In this document: piece after piece, positions 18,592-28,468 of the stretch | Layout: each line of letters begins with the position of its first letter | Numbering within the stretch: position 1 is the stretch's first letter | Assembly: GCA_050253415.1 (NCBI GenBank) | Contig: JBFWJC010000001.1 | Span: forward strand, 872,679-936,678 | Origin: Pedobacter sp. | GTDB lineage: Bacteria > Desulfobacterota > Desulfuromonadia > Desulfuromonadales > Syntrophotaleaceae | Length of the DNA stretch: 64,000 bases | Direction: 5' to 3' | Made by a program: the position numbers and the translations under genes | Notes under the pieces: model-generated | Told to the model about the DNA's origin: nothing | The model's database searches: none | The model's input: the letters and a program-made list of their open reading frames with translations, nothing else

Positions 18592-20679
18592 CTAATCGTC
18601 CACGTATGTGCTCGGCAATGTCTCGCTCAACGGGGCTTCAATCGGAGATTCCGCATCGGTTTCCTGTGCCGATTCCGGTTGACCCTCTTCGATTGGCTGC
18701 CCGTCGGTAGTGGGGCTCGGCAGCAGCGCCGGCAATTCTTGCAGGGGCTCGCCCGGGTGAACGGAGCAGTATTCTCTCGGTTCGGTGCCGAGAATAAAAA
18801 ACTCGTTCCTTGTTGTTGGGCAACCGGAGGTGGCCGGCAGGCCTGTGGACGAGTCGATGGTCAGGGTAACAACTTTTTCCGGTTGCTCGAAATTCGCACT
18901 CGGGCGGCCAGCCAGAGCCGAGCGCATGAAGCGTTCCCAGATGGGAGCGCTGACGGCTCCACCCGTAAACCCCTTGCCGCCAGCCTGGGGTTTGTCATGC
19001 CCCACCCATATGCCGGTCACCAGCTTCGGGGTGTAGCCGACAAACCATGCGTCCCGATAATCGTTGGTAGTACCGGTTTTCCCGGCGGCCGGATATTGTT
19101 CGGCAAAATTTTTCAGGTTTTTGGCTGTCCCGTAGACCATGACATCACGGAGCATTTGGGTTGTCACAAAGGCCACGGCGGGGGAAATGACCGGAGTCTT
19201 CGGTGGGGCGATATGCGTCCAGGTTTTGGATGTGCGGTTGTAAATCCGCACAATGGTTCTGGGCTGAACCCTGAGCCCGCCGTTGGCCAGGGGAGCATAG
19301 GCCGCAACCAGCTCATTCAAGGTTACTTCTTCGGTACCAAGAGCCATGGAAAGATCATTGCGGGCGCGTAACGAAAGGCCCAACGTGCCGGCAAAGTCGG
19401 CAAAGTCGGGTGCGCCTATGGCTTCGAGTAATTTTACCGCGACGATATTGTTGGACGATGCCAGAGCCTGCCGCAGTGTGAGTTGTCCTTGGTGTTCCTG
19501 TCCGTAATTCTGGGGTTGCCAGGTTTGATCGTTGCCTCGGCGGTAGACGACCGGATCGTCATTCCAGATGCCGGCGGCTGTATGGCCTTTTTCCAGAGCC
19601 GCGGCATAAATCAGTGGCTTGATGGCGGATCCGGGTTGCCGTTTGGCGAATAGAGCTCGATTGTAGGGGCTCTGCTTGAAATCCACACCACCGGCTGCCG
19701 CCAGGATGTCGCCGGTCTTCGGATCAAGGCACAGCAAAGCACCTTGCAGGTCCGGAGCAATCCGCTGCACGCCTTCACGCAGGGTCTGTTCCGCCAGCGA
19801 CTGCAGTTTGAGGTCCATGGCCGCAACCACTTCCAGCCCGCCCTGTTCGATAATCTTCGCGCCGTACCTTTCGACCAGTTTATTGCGGATATGGGCCAGA
19901 TAGTAGGACGTCTCGCCGAGCTGAACGTAGGATATGGGTTGGCCCGACAGGGTTTGTTTCTGCTTTGGCGTGATCATTTTGAGTTCCGCCATGCGGCTCA
20001 GCACCAGGTTGCGCCGAGCTGAGACCTTGGCCGAATCGCCCCATGGATTATAGCGGTTGGGGGCTTTGGATACGCCGGCCAGCAAGGCACACTCGGCATC
20101 GGTCAATTGTTCCGGGGTTTTGTCGAAATAAAGCCGGGTCGCCTGGGCCAGCCCCCAGGCTCCGTTGCCGTAATAGATTTCGTTGAAATACATCTCCAGA
20201 ATCTGTTTCTTGGTGTATTTGCGCTCGAATTCCAACGCCAAACGGGCTTCGGTCAGTTTTCTGTTAATCGTTTTTTCCCCGGACAGGAATTTGTTCTTGA
20301 TTACTTGCTGGGTGATGGTCGAACCGCCCTCGGCCATTTGTCCCTTTGCCACATCCTTTACCAGGGCCCGGGTAATACCTCGGATGTCGATGCCACTATG
20401 CTCGAAAAAGCGAGCGTCTTCGATGGCTACCGTGGCGTTCTGGAGAAATTTGGGGATGCGGTCGATCGATACCCAATACCTGCTCTCCGCGGGGATCCGG
20501 GCCACAAATTTGCCGGTCCGGTCAAAGATTTTGATGGAGCTATAGCCATAGGGCAGTTGGGGGTGAGTGGCGAATTTTTCCCCGGCGGCGCTTGAGAAGG
20601 CAAAGCTCAAGCACAGGCCAAGCACCAGGGCGAAACGGTAGAGCGTATTTTTGAAAAATGCGAAAGTTGAAGGCATCAA
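18592..20679 (-). CDS. Class A penicillin-binding protein (PBP1A family)
   Basis: Transglycosylase EDARF and GGSTITQQ; transpeptidase SAIK, SNN and KTG. Confidence 0.94.
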   Translation of the reverse strand: MMPSTFAFFKNTLYRFALVLGLCLSFAFSSAAGEKFATHPQLPYGYSSIKIFDRTGKFVARIPAESRYWVSIDRIPKFLQNATVAIEDARFFEHSGIDIRGITRALVKDVAKGQMAEGGSTITQQVIKNKFLSGEKTINRKLTEARLALEFERKYTKKQILEMYFNEIYYGNGAWGLAQATRLYFDKTPEQLTDAECALLAGVSKAPNRYNPWGDSAKVSARRNLVLSRMAELKMITPKQKQTLSGQPISYVQLGETSYYLAHIRNKLVERYGAKIIEQGGLEVVAAMDLKLQSLAEQTLREGVQRIAPDLQGALLCLDPKTGDILAAAGGVDFKQSPYNRALFAKRQPGSAIKPLIYAAALEKGHTAAGIWNDDPVVYRRGNDQTWQPQNYGQEHQGQLTLRQALASSNNIVAVKLLEAIGAPDFADFAGTLGLSLRARNDLSMALGTEEVTLNELVAAYAPLANGGLRVQPRTIVRIYNRTSKTWTHIAPPKTPVISPAVAFVTTQMLRDVMVYGTAKNLKNFAEQYPAAGKTGTTNDYRDAWFVGYTPKLVTGIWVGHDKPQAGGKGFTGGAVSAPIWERFMRSALAGRPSANFEQPEKVVTLTIDSSTGLPATSGCPTTRNEFFILGTEPREYCSVHPGEPLQELPALLPSPTTDGQPIEEGQPESAQETDAESPIEAPLSETLPSTYVDD

Positions 20680-21165
20680 GGTAGTCTCTGCTCCCGAATT
20701 GAGTTGAACTCATGGGTCCCACACCTATTCGCCGCCGTGAAACACCGAATGCGGAGATGTTGAAGGCATGGATTGCCGCAACAGGTAAGACGGCCATCTT
20801 ATACACCTTCCGTTGGGGATTGTCATGTGTCCTTTTTTGCGAAAATCCGGGCCGCCTGGATAGCCGGCTCGAAGCCCAAAAGCATTGCCGATGGCGAATT
20901 TAAGGGGAGCTCGACAGGGCGTTTTTTAGTCGCAGGGGCAATCACTTCCAAGGGGGCTTTATCCGCCCCGGCTTCGTGACAGCAGAGATGGAATTTAGGG
21001 GGTAAGGTTTTATTGCCAAAGCTGAATCGGAAGGTCTTCGTGTCCTGTCGGTTTCGCTGAGGATGTTGTTCGGGAACGGGGAAAGGGTAGGTATAAACTT
21101 GGCGGTGGGCGACTTGAACCGGTTTCTTGCAAGGTCGCCAACCGATTCGACGGTTACGGTGGTGT

Positions 21166-21582
21166 TTAATCTTCCCCCGAAAACCGGTATGAATCGATGA
21201 GTTCCGTTGCCATAAACAGTTCCTCGTTGCGGGCATGGTAGTCCGCTATCAGGTTGGATGCCTTGCCGCTGGGCTGGCTTTCCATTGAGTCGTCTTTACA
21301 GAAATGAGTGCGGCAGTCGATGGGTCTGACAGCATAAATCCGGCACTTTCCGTTTTTGCTCAGAAACTTACAGGCATCTGCGCCCGCTTCATAGAACTGG
21401 AATCCGGTGTGTTTTGCCAGAAAGCTATTGATCAATGCAATTTCCGGAAGGGTGACGCCAGGCTCGCCCCCGGTGAATGCAGGGCGGCAGCATTCAGCAT
21501 GGCACTCGGCAGACCGACCGCATTTCATGCCGGTGCTGGCTGTAATATCTGCCAATCTGGTCCAGAGGTTTTCCAGAGTCAT
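21166..21582 (-). CDS. YkgJ family (CxxCxxCC) cysteine-cluster protein
   Basis: C...CHAECC, CKFL...CRIYAVRPIDCR. Confidence 0.85.
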   Translation of the reverse strand: MTLENLWTRLADITASTGMKCGRSAECHAECCRPAFTGGEPGVTLPEIALINSFLAKHTGFQFYEAGADACKFLSKNGKCRIYAVRPIDCRTHFCKDDSMESQPSGKASNLIADYHARNEELFMATELIDSYRFSGED

Positions 21583-21830
21583 TCTTGTAGCCCTTCTACA
21601 AACCCGGTCGACTTTTAAAGGACGCCGCAGTGCTGCAAACAGCAGAAAAAAATCCTATACATATCGCCCTTCTGGTTTTTCAGTCAAGAGGGGTTTGAAT
21701 TGAAAGGCTTTTCCCTGGCAAACCGACTGGCGATTAAGGCTTTTTTCACCCCTATATCGATTTTCTTGCGGGCAGGTCGAGGGGCTGCATGCATGGGTTA
21801 AGAGCTGTCCTCGCGGATAAAACTGGATTT

Positions 21831-22031
21831 TCAGTCCTGATCCTCAATGGTGCATAAGCCCATCAGGCGTAAGGCCAGGGCGGTCTCTACCGAAGTGGTG
21901 TACCGCCATGAATAGTGCTTTTGGCTTAACTTGCCGGTGTCCAGGTATTTGCATTTGTGCCAGAGTTCAGGGTGTCTGGCTCTGACAGTGTCTCGCTGGA
22001 TAAATGTAAGAGATATTATCTTTTTCGCCAT
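21831..22031 (-). CDS. Hypothetical 66-aa protein downstream of the vWA gene
   Basis: ATG with GAGG upstream; co-directional with the AAA-vWA pair. Confidence 0.5.
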   Translation of the reverse strand: MAKKIISLTFIQRDTVRARHPELWHKCKYLDTGKLSQKHYSWRYTTSVETALALRLMGLCTIEDQD

Positions 22032-22095
22032 ATTCTTCACGGCCTCATTTTCTAGTCGCCCTACATTGCTTTTTTTGGGCAAACCGGCTTCCGTT

Positions 22096-23265
22096 TTAGA
22101 GTAAATCCAGAGTAGCTATTTCCCCGAATTTAGGACGATAGCAGGCTGCCAGATCCCGGTCGCGGGTGGTACTGATCCATAAAGTGGGGATGCCGGGATC
22201 GATTTCGGGGCTTTTACCCTGCAGGTCGGTCAGGTAAATGATGCAGCCGGCATCGGGTACGTTGTTTATGGCCCACTCAAAGGGCGGGCACAGGTCGGTG
22301 CCGCCAAAACCCACGGTTTTCAATTCTACAGGGTATTCGTCCGGGGTGATGGTATGGGTAGCAGATATCTCACTGTCGCAGTAAACAACATTCACGGTGG
22401 AAGGATAACTCTCCAGTATGTCGTTCAGTTCGGCCTGAAACTGGGTTAACTCCCGTTGCGAGATCGAGCCGGACGTGTCTATGGCCAGCACCAGCGGTTT
22501 GAGTCCGTTGGAGCGAAAACTGGGCAGGTAGATTCCGTCGGCTATGTGGCGTCGATTGGGCTGATTCCACGAATAGTCATTGCCGGACGTGTGATCGACA
22601 AAGGATCTCAGTATTTCGCGCCAGTCCAGCACGGGGTGAACCAGCTCGCTCACCAGGCGTGCCAGGGAGCTGGGAAGCTTGCCCTGGGCCTTGGCTGCCT
22701 GGGCGGACTGCTGTATCGCCACGGTCATTTCGGTTTCTTGCTGCTGCCTTTCCGCTTTGGACAGAGGCTTGTCGTACTCATTCTTGGCATCCTCAAAACC
22801 GCCGCAGCCGCCCGGATCGTCGCTCTGATCGATGTCGTTCTCGCCGCCATCGCCCTCCCCATCGCCGGACCCGCCTGGCAACCGGTCGTAGATCTGCTCC
22901 GCGGCAAGGTTGTCGAAGGATTCATGATACAGGGCGTGGGGCAACAATTTAAGACCGGCTTCCTTGAGGATTCCGTTGATCGCGTAATCACCGGCCTTGT
23001 TGAACCGGCCCAGGGTGCGTGCGCTGCGCCTGAGCGGATGGAAGTGGGCCACATGCATGACCAGGTGGGCAAGGACAAAGACAATGTGATCGACACTCAG
23101 GGAATCGATGAAGTCCGGATTGTAGCGAATTTGCCTGCCATCGGTGCAGGCGGTTTTGATGTCCCGATCCTCATGCAACCGCATGCGTAACAGCAGGGTA
23201 GCGAAAAACGGGTGATCGAGCACCATCCTTGCAATCGCTTTTGCGAGTTTTGAGGATTTTTTCAT
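22096..23265 (-). CDS. DUF2201 putative metallopeptidase-vWA protein
   Basis: HPFFATL, TACTDG, YNPDF, DYAIN, acidic Gly-rich linker; MIDAS DTSGS, GGTD and YLTD. Confidence 0.9.
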   Translation of the reverse strand: MKKSSKLAKAIARMVLDHPFFATLLLRMRLHEDRDIKTACTDGRQIRYNPDFIDSLSVDHIVFVLAHLVMHVAHFHPLRRSARTLGRFNKAGDYAINGILKEAGLKLLPHALYHESFDNLAAEQIYDRLPGGSGDGEGDGGENDIDQSDDPGGCGGFEDAKNEYDKPLSKAERQQQETEMTVAIQQSAQAAKAQGKLPSSLARLVSELVHPVLDWREILRSFVDHTSGNDYSWNQPNRRHIADGIYLPSFRSNGLKPLVLAIDTSGSISQRELTQFQAELNDILESYPSTVNVVYCDSEISATHTITPDEYPVELKTVGFGGTDLCPPFEWAINNVPDAGCIIYLTDLQGKSPEIDPGIPTLWISTTRDRDLAACYRPKFGEIATLDLL

Positions 23266-23376
23266 CACTGTACCTTCCAATGTCGGATGGTAACCTGCAA
23301 CCGGTAGCCAGGTCTATCCGGCGCTACCCGAGTGCAGAAGACAATCCCTTCGGCCCTGCTCAAGACGGTTTTCAAA

Positions 23377-24375
23377 TCACAATAGCAGATCGCCGTTATC
23401 CTTGGCCCAGCTGCTGAATTCCTTGGAGCTCGCCAGTTTCGGCTCGGCCTGCAGGGCATCCCGCAGCCAGACAACCTGAAATTCGGATGGCAATCGTCTC
23501 ATGTAGCGAAAAGCCGGTGCCGCCGTATCCGGGGTAATCTTGCGGCTCATGGCCCCACACAACGCATAGAGTACCGACGGTTCTTTGGGTACTTCCGATT
23601 TGTCCGGGTCGCTCATAATGGCTTCTACATCCGGCAGGTCGCGATATACCTCCAGAAAGGAGGTGAACTCCGCGGCTGCGCCGAACCCCAGCGCCCCGGC
23701 GAAAAACGGCAATTCCGCCTCAATCGGCAACTGGCCCAGAAACTGGCCGACATTGGCCCAGACACGCGGGCAGGGGAAGGAGTGCCCCTGGGCCTTGGCA
23801 TCGAAATGGTGCAAGAGTTCAGGCCGCAGGCGCAAAAAGCCGATAATTTCCGACGGAACGTTGTTGTCGATCGCCCAGGCGCACCACTCATCCAGATCGA
23901 CGGCCAGTTCCAGGTGCGTCGCAAAACGGGAGCCCAGCGCTTTGCTGATCTTGCGGCTGAAGGTGCCGTCTGTCACCCGGTTTCCCGCCGCCAGAATTCT
24001 CCACCCATCGGGCAAACAGTATTCACCGAGCTTGCGGTCCAGCACCAGCTGCAGCAGCGAACTCTGCACCGAATCGGGCGCCTGGGAAAGTTCGTCGAGG
24101 AACAGCACGCCTTCTCCTTCCGAGGGCAGGAAGTTCGGCGGATTCCAGCGGGTGGTGCCGTTTTCAACCGATGGTACGCCGCGCAGGTCGACCGGGTCCA
24201 GCAGGACAGCGCGGATATCGATCAGCGGCAGATTCAGCTCTGCGGCTACCTGGGCTACTATTTGCGACTTGCCTATGCCTGGCGGTCCCCACAGGAACAT
24301 GGGCACGTTGACGTTAAGCCCGCTCTTGAGGATCGCAATAGCCAGCGATGGTTTAACGGTTACCGATGATTCCAT
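23377..24375 (-). CDS. MoxR-like AAA+ ATPase
   Basis: Walker A GPPGIGKS, DPVDLRGVP, Walker B LFLDE, AAGN and PRVW. Confidence 0.92.
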   Translation of the reverse strand: MESSVTVKPSLAIAILKSGLNVNVPMFLWGPPGIGKSQIVAQVAAELNLPLIDIRAVLLDPVDLRGVPSVENGTTRWNPPNFLPSEGEGVLFLDELSQAPDSVQSSLLQLVLDRKLGEYCLPDGWRILAAGNRVTDGTFSRKISKALGSRFATHLELAVDLDEWCAWAIDNNVPSEIIGFLRLRPELLHHFDAKAQGHSFPCPRVWANVGQFLGQLPIEAELPFFAGALGFGAAAEFTSFLEVYRDLPDVEAIMSDPDKSEVPKEPSVLYALCGAMSRKITPDTAAPAFRYMRRLPSEFQVVWLRDALQAEPKLASSKEFSSWAKDNGDLLL

Positions 24376-24640
24376 AAAGCCTCCAAGTACGCAAATCCGA
24401 AAGAGAGGGATTTTAGAACGAAATGTCTTCCCTTGAGGGTGTAAGGGAATCGATGTTTCAAGAATACCGAATGCAGGATCGGCACAACTTGATTTATATC
24501 AATTTCAGGAGTTATTGGATAGTTTCCGAATCGAAATGAGGGGGCTCGCGGGAGGGTTGCAGCATGTCAGGAGGGTGGGATCATCTGTTTTAAACTGAAC
24601 CCCTGCCGATAAGGGCTCTCATTTGAAAATCCGGACTAAG

Positions 24641-24674
24641 AAAGAAAGCCCCCGTCGATCATCGGCGGGGGCTT
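24641..24674 (-). terminator. Intrinsic terminator of the acyltransferase gene
   Basis: aagcccccgtcgat-c-atcggcgggggctt with a U-rich tail on the minus strand. Confidence 0.7.
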
Positions 24675-24701
24675 CTTCAACAGCCTGCTGAGGATAAAGG
24701 C

Positions 24702-25904
24702 TTACAGGCCGGCCGGCTTGAGGACAACCCGACTGATAGCCCAACTCAGAAAAGTCGAAGCCGCCGTGACGATACAGAATTTGATGATGACGGGGACGCC
24801 AGCCCATGACACCAGTACCAGGCCCAAGCCCAGAACAATCGGCATATGGAGAATATAGATACCGTAGGAGTTGGCTGCCAAGGTCCGGTTGACTTTTGAA
24901 TCGCGGTTCCAGTAGCGATAAGCGAAGGAGATCAATACCATGAAAATGGAGAGGCAGAGAAAGGCCCGTGAAAAACAATAAACCATCAGGACAGGCAGGG
25001 AAGGCGTAGCCCCTCCGCCCATTTTTTGCACGGAGTCCAGAAATAAAAGCATCATGGCCAGGCAAACAGGCAGCCATATTCTCAAGCGTCCAACAGCGTT
25101 TCCGTTTGTGAACCAGCCTTTCCATGCGGCATAAATTCCCGCAGGGAAATAGAAAATATATAAAAACAATCGGGTAGGCTGGAATTGTACCAGGTTGGCG
25201 ATAATCACCCAGGGTTCTTGTCCCTTCACAGTAAATAAGGGCACCATGACGACAAGACTCATACCTGTCACCACGCCCAGACCCAGCAGCACAGGCAGGG
25301 CAAAGGAGTCTTTCGAATCCTTCGGTTCCGGAACAACGGACTTGTGCCCGAACCATTTGGTTTTAATCGCATAAAGACAGGCAAAAAAGACAAAGAACCA
25401 GAAAAGAAGGGAAAGGAACCAGAAATAATTGTGCGAAGGCTGTGCGTAAGAGGTGATATAGCCCACGTAAAAATCGCCAAAGCCTTTAAGATACGAGATC
25501 CAGTAGGCTGCATACCCGGAGGATGCGGAGTCTGTAGATCTGAAGTATTCGTATATGTAACCGATAATAGGCACAATGATAGTGGCGCCTACCAGCAAAG
25601 GAATTCCAATTCTCGTCAGTTTGCTTCTGATGAATGGCCAGACCCCTTTTTTCCGGATCGTCCTTAAGGCAAAGAACCCTGCGATGAAAAACATGATGGG
25701 CATGATAAAAACGTCTGTAATCAGCACGATAACGTCAAAAACACTCGCCATGCCGGGATCGACTTCCTGCACGGGCCACCAGGGGGTAAGCTTGCTGTGC
25801 GCGAGGGCTGCATGCAGGACGATCACGCAAAGCACGATAAAATAACGAAGATTGTCGAGAAAGAATAACCGCTGCCGGGAAGGACTGGCTGTGCAATTGT
25901 TCAT
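24702..25904 (-). CDS. Acyltransferase-3 family membrane protein (OpgC/MdoC-like)
   Basis: RLFFLDNLR, VIVLH, MPIMFFIAGFF, WFL and SYGIYILH; AGGAG RBS. Confidence 0.88.
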   Translation of the reverse strand: MNNCTASPSRQRLFFLDNLRYFIVLCVIVLHAALAHSKLTPWWPVQEVDPGMASVFDVIVLITDVFIMPIMFFIAGFFALRTIRKKGVWPFIRSKLTRIGIPLLVGATIIVPIIGYIYEYFRSTDSASSGYAAYWISYLKGFGDFYVGYITSYAQPSHNYFWFLSLLFWFFVFFACLYAIKTKWFGHKSVVPEPKDSKDSFALPVLLGLGVVTGMSLVVMVPLFTVKGQEPWVIIANLVQFQPTRLFLYIFYFPAGIYAAWKGWFTNGNAVGRLRIWLPVCLAMMLLFLDSVQKMGGGATPSLPVLMVYCFSRAFLCLSIFMVLISFAYRYWNRDSKVNRTLAANSYGIYILHMPIVLGLGLVLVSWAGVPVIIKFCIVTAASTFLSWAISRVVLKPAGL

Positions 25905-26183
25905 GATAACTCCTATTGAAAACGTTTGAGTTTTATGACGTATACCACATGTTTTGGGCTTAATCATAATGAGTTTTCAATTGTTTTTAGAATTCCCATG
26001 AAACGTTCTTTCTCAGGGGCGGTTTCTCGTCTGAATTAGCATCCCTGGCAACGGGGTCCGTCATTGGGGTATCTCAGATGACACCTTAACGGTCACAGGT
26101 TGCTGGCCGATTCAATAAAAATCATCGCTGCAGGGGTACCCATCCGCCAGCGATAAAGGCCCTGCACCCATTAATTGGGCTCC

Positions 26184-26630
26184 TTATGTTTCGCTGTTTC
26201 CTTCGAGGTCCAGAATCATTTTGCCATCCCTGTCGATCATACCTGATCCGTTGAAAATGACTCCATTCAGCTCCCTGGCTATCCCGAAGATCAGGTCGAG
26301 ATGTCCCGCGTGCTCGTCAAATTTCGGTTCTGCAACGACGCCTATGGCCGACTTGCAGTCGGCAATGCTGTCCAGGACTCGCCGTTGTGCCTCGGTGGCA
26401 TCTGTCTTCACTGTACGGAAACGGTTGTGTGTTCCAAGGATCATCCGGCAAAACGGGTCGCCGGCTTCCGTTCGTACCCATCGTGAAAGCTTGATGCTGC
26501 TGCCTCCTGTCTGGATTGGAACTCCATCCCATTCGTGAAGGTCGTCGGCATGTCTGAGAAGCTCTGTAATCAGACCCATGATCCGGATCCGGTCACCGTT
26601 TCGACAGAAGATGGTGCAGTTATCCGCCAT
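26184..26630 (-). CDS. Hypothetical protein
   Basis: 148-aa ORF with GGGGA RBS, directly after the HAD gene. Confidence 0.65.
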   Translation of the reverse strand: MADNCTIFCRNGDRIRIMGLITELLRHADDLHEWDGVPIQTGGSSIKLSRWVRTEAGDPFCRMILGTHNRFRTVKTDATEAQRRVLDSIADCKSAIGVVAEPKFDEHAGHLDLIFGIARELNGVIFNGSGMIDRDGKMILDLEGNSET

Positions 26631-26651
26631 TGATTCCCCTTGGGTGAATGG

Positions 26652-27293
26652 TTATGAAGCAAGTTCCGCAAGTTCACGCGGATTTGAAAAAATATGCGAG
26701 GGGTTATGCTGACGAAGTTCGGTGTGCGAACCATAACCCCACAGCACTCCGGCAGAATATAGACTGTTCTTCTTTGCAGCAGTTATGTCTACATAACGAT
26801 CGCCAATCATCACTGATTTCTGATTTATCTCACCATGCTCTAGCAGTGATCCAAGTTGCTGCCACTTCTCGATACCAACATCACCGCCGTTTACGAAGAA
26901 GAAATGCTGGCGAAGCGAAAAAAGTTCAAGTATCCGCTCTGCGAAGTCAACGCGCTTGGAAGTACAGACACCTAACTTGAGTCCTTTTATTGAACTTAAC
27001 TTGTTGAGAACTTCGGGGATGCCATTGTACAGAGAGTTTTCTGAATAGCCGATGTCAGAATAACGCTCACGATATTTTACAACTAATGATTTGATGAGTT
27101 CTGGATCATCTGAGCCTGTCAACGAAGATAAAGAAACATCCAACGGTGGCCCGATAAAGGTGCAAAGTTCTTTATCTGAACGGTGCTCAAAACCATGTGA
27201 CTCAAGAGCATAATTAAATGACCTGACAATTCCGTCCTTGGGATCGCTAATCGTACCGTCAAGGTCAAAAACAAGATACTCGTACTTCAACAA
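26652..27293 (-). CDS. HAD-family phosphatase (Gph-like)
   Basis: FDLDGT, IGPPL, TSK and MIGDR..D; AAGGAGG RBS; AT-rich. Confidence 0.92.
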   Translation of the reverse strand: MLKYEYLVFDLDGTISDPKDGIVRSFNYALESHGFEHRSDKELCTFIGPPLDVSLSSLTGSDDPELIKSLVVKYRERYSDIGYSENSLYNGIPEVLNKLSSIKGLKLGVCTSKRVDFAERILELFSLRQHFFFVNGGDVGIEKWQQLGSLLEHGEINQKSVMIGDRYVDITAAKKNSLYSAGVLWGYGSHTELRQHNPSHIFSNPRELAELAS

Positions 27294-27305
27294 TTCCTCC
27301 TTGCT

Positions 27306-27340
27306 GCATAACGATTGAGATCACCGAAGGCTGGTTATTG
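27306..27340 (-). mobile_element. Degenerate attC-like site (integron cassette relic)
   Basis: Minus strand CAATAAC-cagccttc-GGTGATCTCAATC-GTTATGC directly before the HAD RBS; GTTATG complements CATAAC overlapping the HAD stop codon. Confidence 0.5.
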
Positions 27341-27514
27341 GGACCGGAAAGTAACGTATATCTGAAATTATTGGTTTGCGGACCCTCATCGGTCCGCCGA
27401 ACAGAAACGTAGAATTGATTCTTAACGAACAGCTCCCAGACCCGGATGAAATCGCCTTTTAGTCGATCAAGATCCTGTTGGACTGCTTCTTTGTTTGTGC
27501 CCCTTCGTGTATGG

Positions 27515-27685
27515 GGGGCGTTTTTCGCGTTCATACATGGCGAAATGGATGCCCTCGTGGTGCAACTCCGCATAGGGGCCTTCGCCATCTCAATTGAAAT
27601 CGATGCCGATGATCTCACTGTAAGAGCACACCCTTTGTACCAGGTTTCTTACGAACAGCCCAATCATGTCAAACCGGATCTTCAT
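27515..27685 (-). pseudogene. Truncated VOC/glyoxalase pseudogene, paralogue of 10448-10846
   Basis: Translates MKIRFDMIGLFVRNL...IDFN*DGEGPYAELHHEGIHFAMYER, ungapped against MKLRFDMIGLFVRNL...MDIDWDGQGPYAEFKHEGIRFAMFER; TGA at Trp32. Confidence 0.9.
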
Positions 27686-28006
27686 GTTGCTTCCTGCAGC
27701 CGGGGACCGTCTTCGATAATCTGAAAATTAATCATATCAAGAAATCCCTCCAGCCGATACCGCCGGGTCTCGGACCGACAAACCTTTCCCGTGAGTTTCA
27801 GATCGAAAGGGTTTGTTTGCTGACGGGTAACGTTCACAGGGCTGAAGAGGTGTGACATGAAGGCAATCCAGTTTACAATAGACAGATAGGGTTGCTTTCA
27901 GAGCAGCCAGTAGGGGGCTCGCACTCATGCGTACCCCCCAGGCGTTTGGCTGCGCAAGAAGGGTTTGGTCGGTAATGATAAAAATTCGTCGAAAGGAGTT
28001 TGCGTT

Positions 28007-28423
28007 ATGAAAAGGTTACACATTTTGGTTGCAGCGATCGGTCTGCTGGCATTGTTTGCTCTGCCGGCCGCGGCCATGCATCACGAAATAAAGATCTTCG
28101 AAAAGCCAGGGATCGGCAGATACCTGACCGATACCGAAGGGATGGCCCTCTACTTCTTTAAAAACGACAGCGTCGGAGAGAGTGTCTGCACCGGTGGTTG
28201 CGTGAACAACTGGCCGCTCTTTTACAGGCCACAGATCGAACCGCCTGACGGTCTCGATGCTTCTGACTTCGGAACCATCACTCGTAAGGACGGCGCCATG
28301 CAGACTACCTTCAGGGGCTTTCCGCTCTATTACTTCAAGGGGGATGTCGCTCCGGGCGACACCAAAGGAAATGACATGATGGATGTCTGGTACGTCATCG
28401 ATCCGGACGATTTCCCACATTGA
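28007..28423 (+). CDS. Secreted protein with Yx(FWY)xxD repeats (COG4315/Lipoprotein_15)
   Basis: Signal peptide; LYFFKND, CTGGCVNNWP and PLYYFKGD; AAGGAG RBS. Confidence 0.88.
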   Translation: MKRLHILVAAIGLLALFALPAAAMHHEIKIFEKPGIGRYLTDTEGMALYFFKNDSVGESVCTGGCVNNWPLFYRPQIEPPDGLDASDFGTITRKDGAMQTTFRGFPLYYFKGDVAPGDTKGNDMMDVWYVIDPDDFPH

Positions 28424-28438
28424 ATGACCTGAGATTTC

Positions 28439-28468
28439 AGCCGGCTGCCACGGGCAGCCGGCTTTTTT
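28439..28468 (+). terminator. Intrinsic terminator
   Basis: agccggctgcc-acg-ggcagccggct followed by a T-tract. Confidence 0.8.

Noticed and set aside
21099..21143. Minus-strand GGTTCAAGTC...CCGCCA resembling a tRNA 3' end or att site
   Set aside because: No cloverleaf; it is one arm of a simple hairpin after the YkgJ gene
20823..21236. 137-aa minus-strand ORF between PBP1A and YkgJ
   Set aside because: Overlaps YkgJ, crosses a hairpin and has no recognisable domain; cannot support it
27421..27445. Minus-strand GGTCTGGGAGCTGTTCGTTAAG as another attC end
   Set aside because: No matching left half or following gene; may be a coding remnant
27590..27592. In-frame TGA as possible selenocysteine
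   Set aside because: Aligns to Trp32 of the intact paralogue and the gene is truncated, so a nonsense mutation
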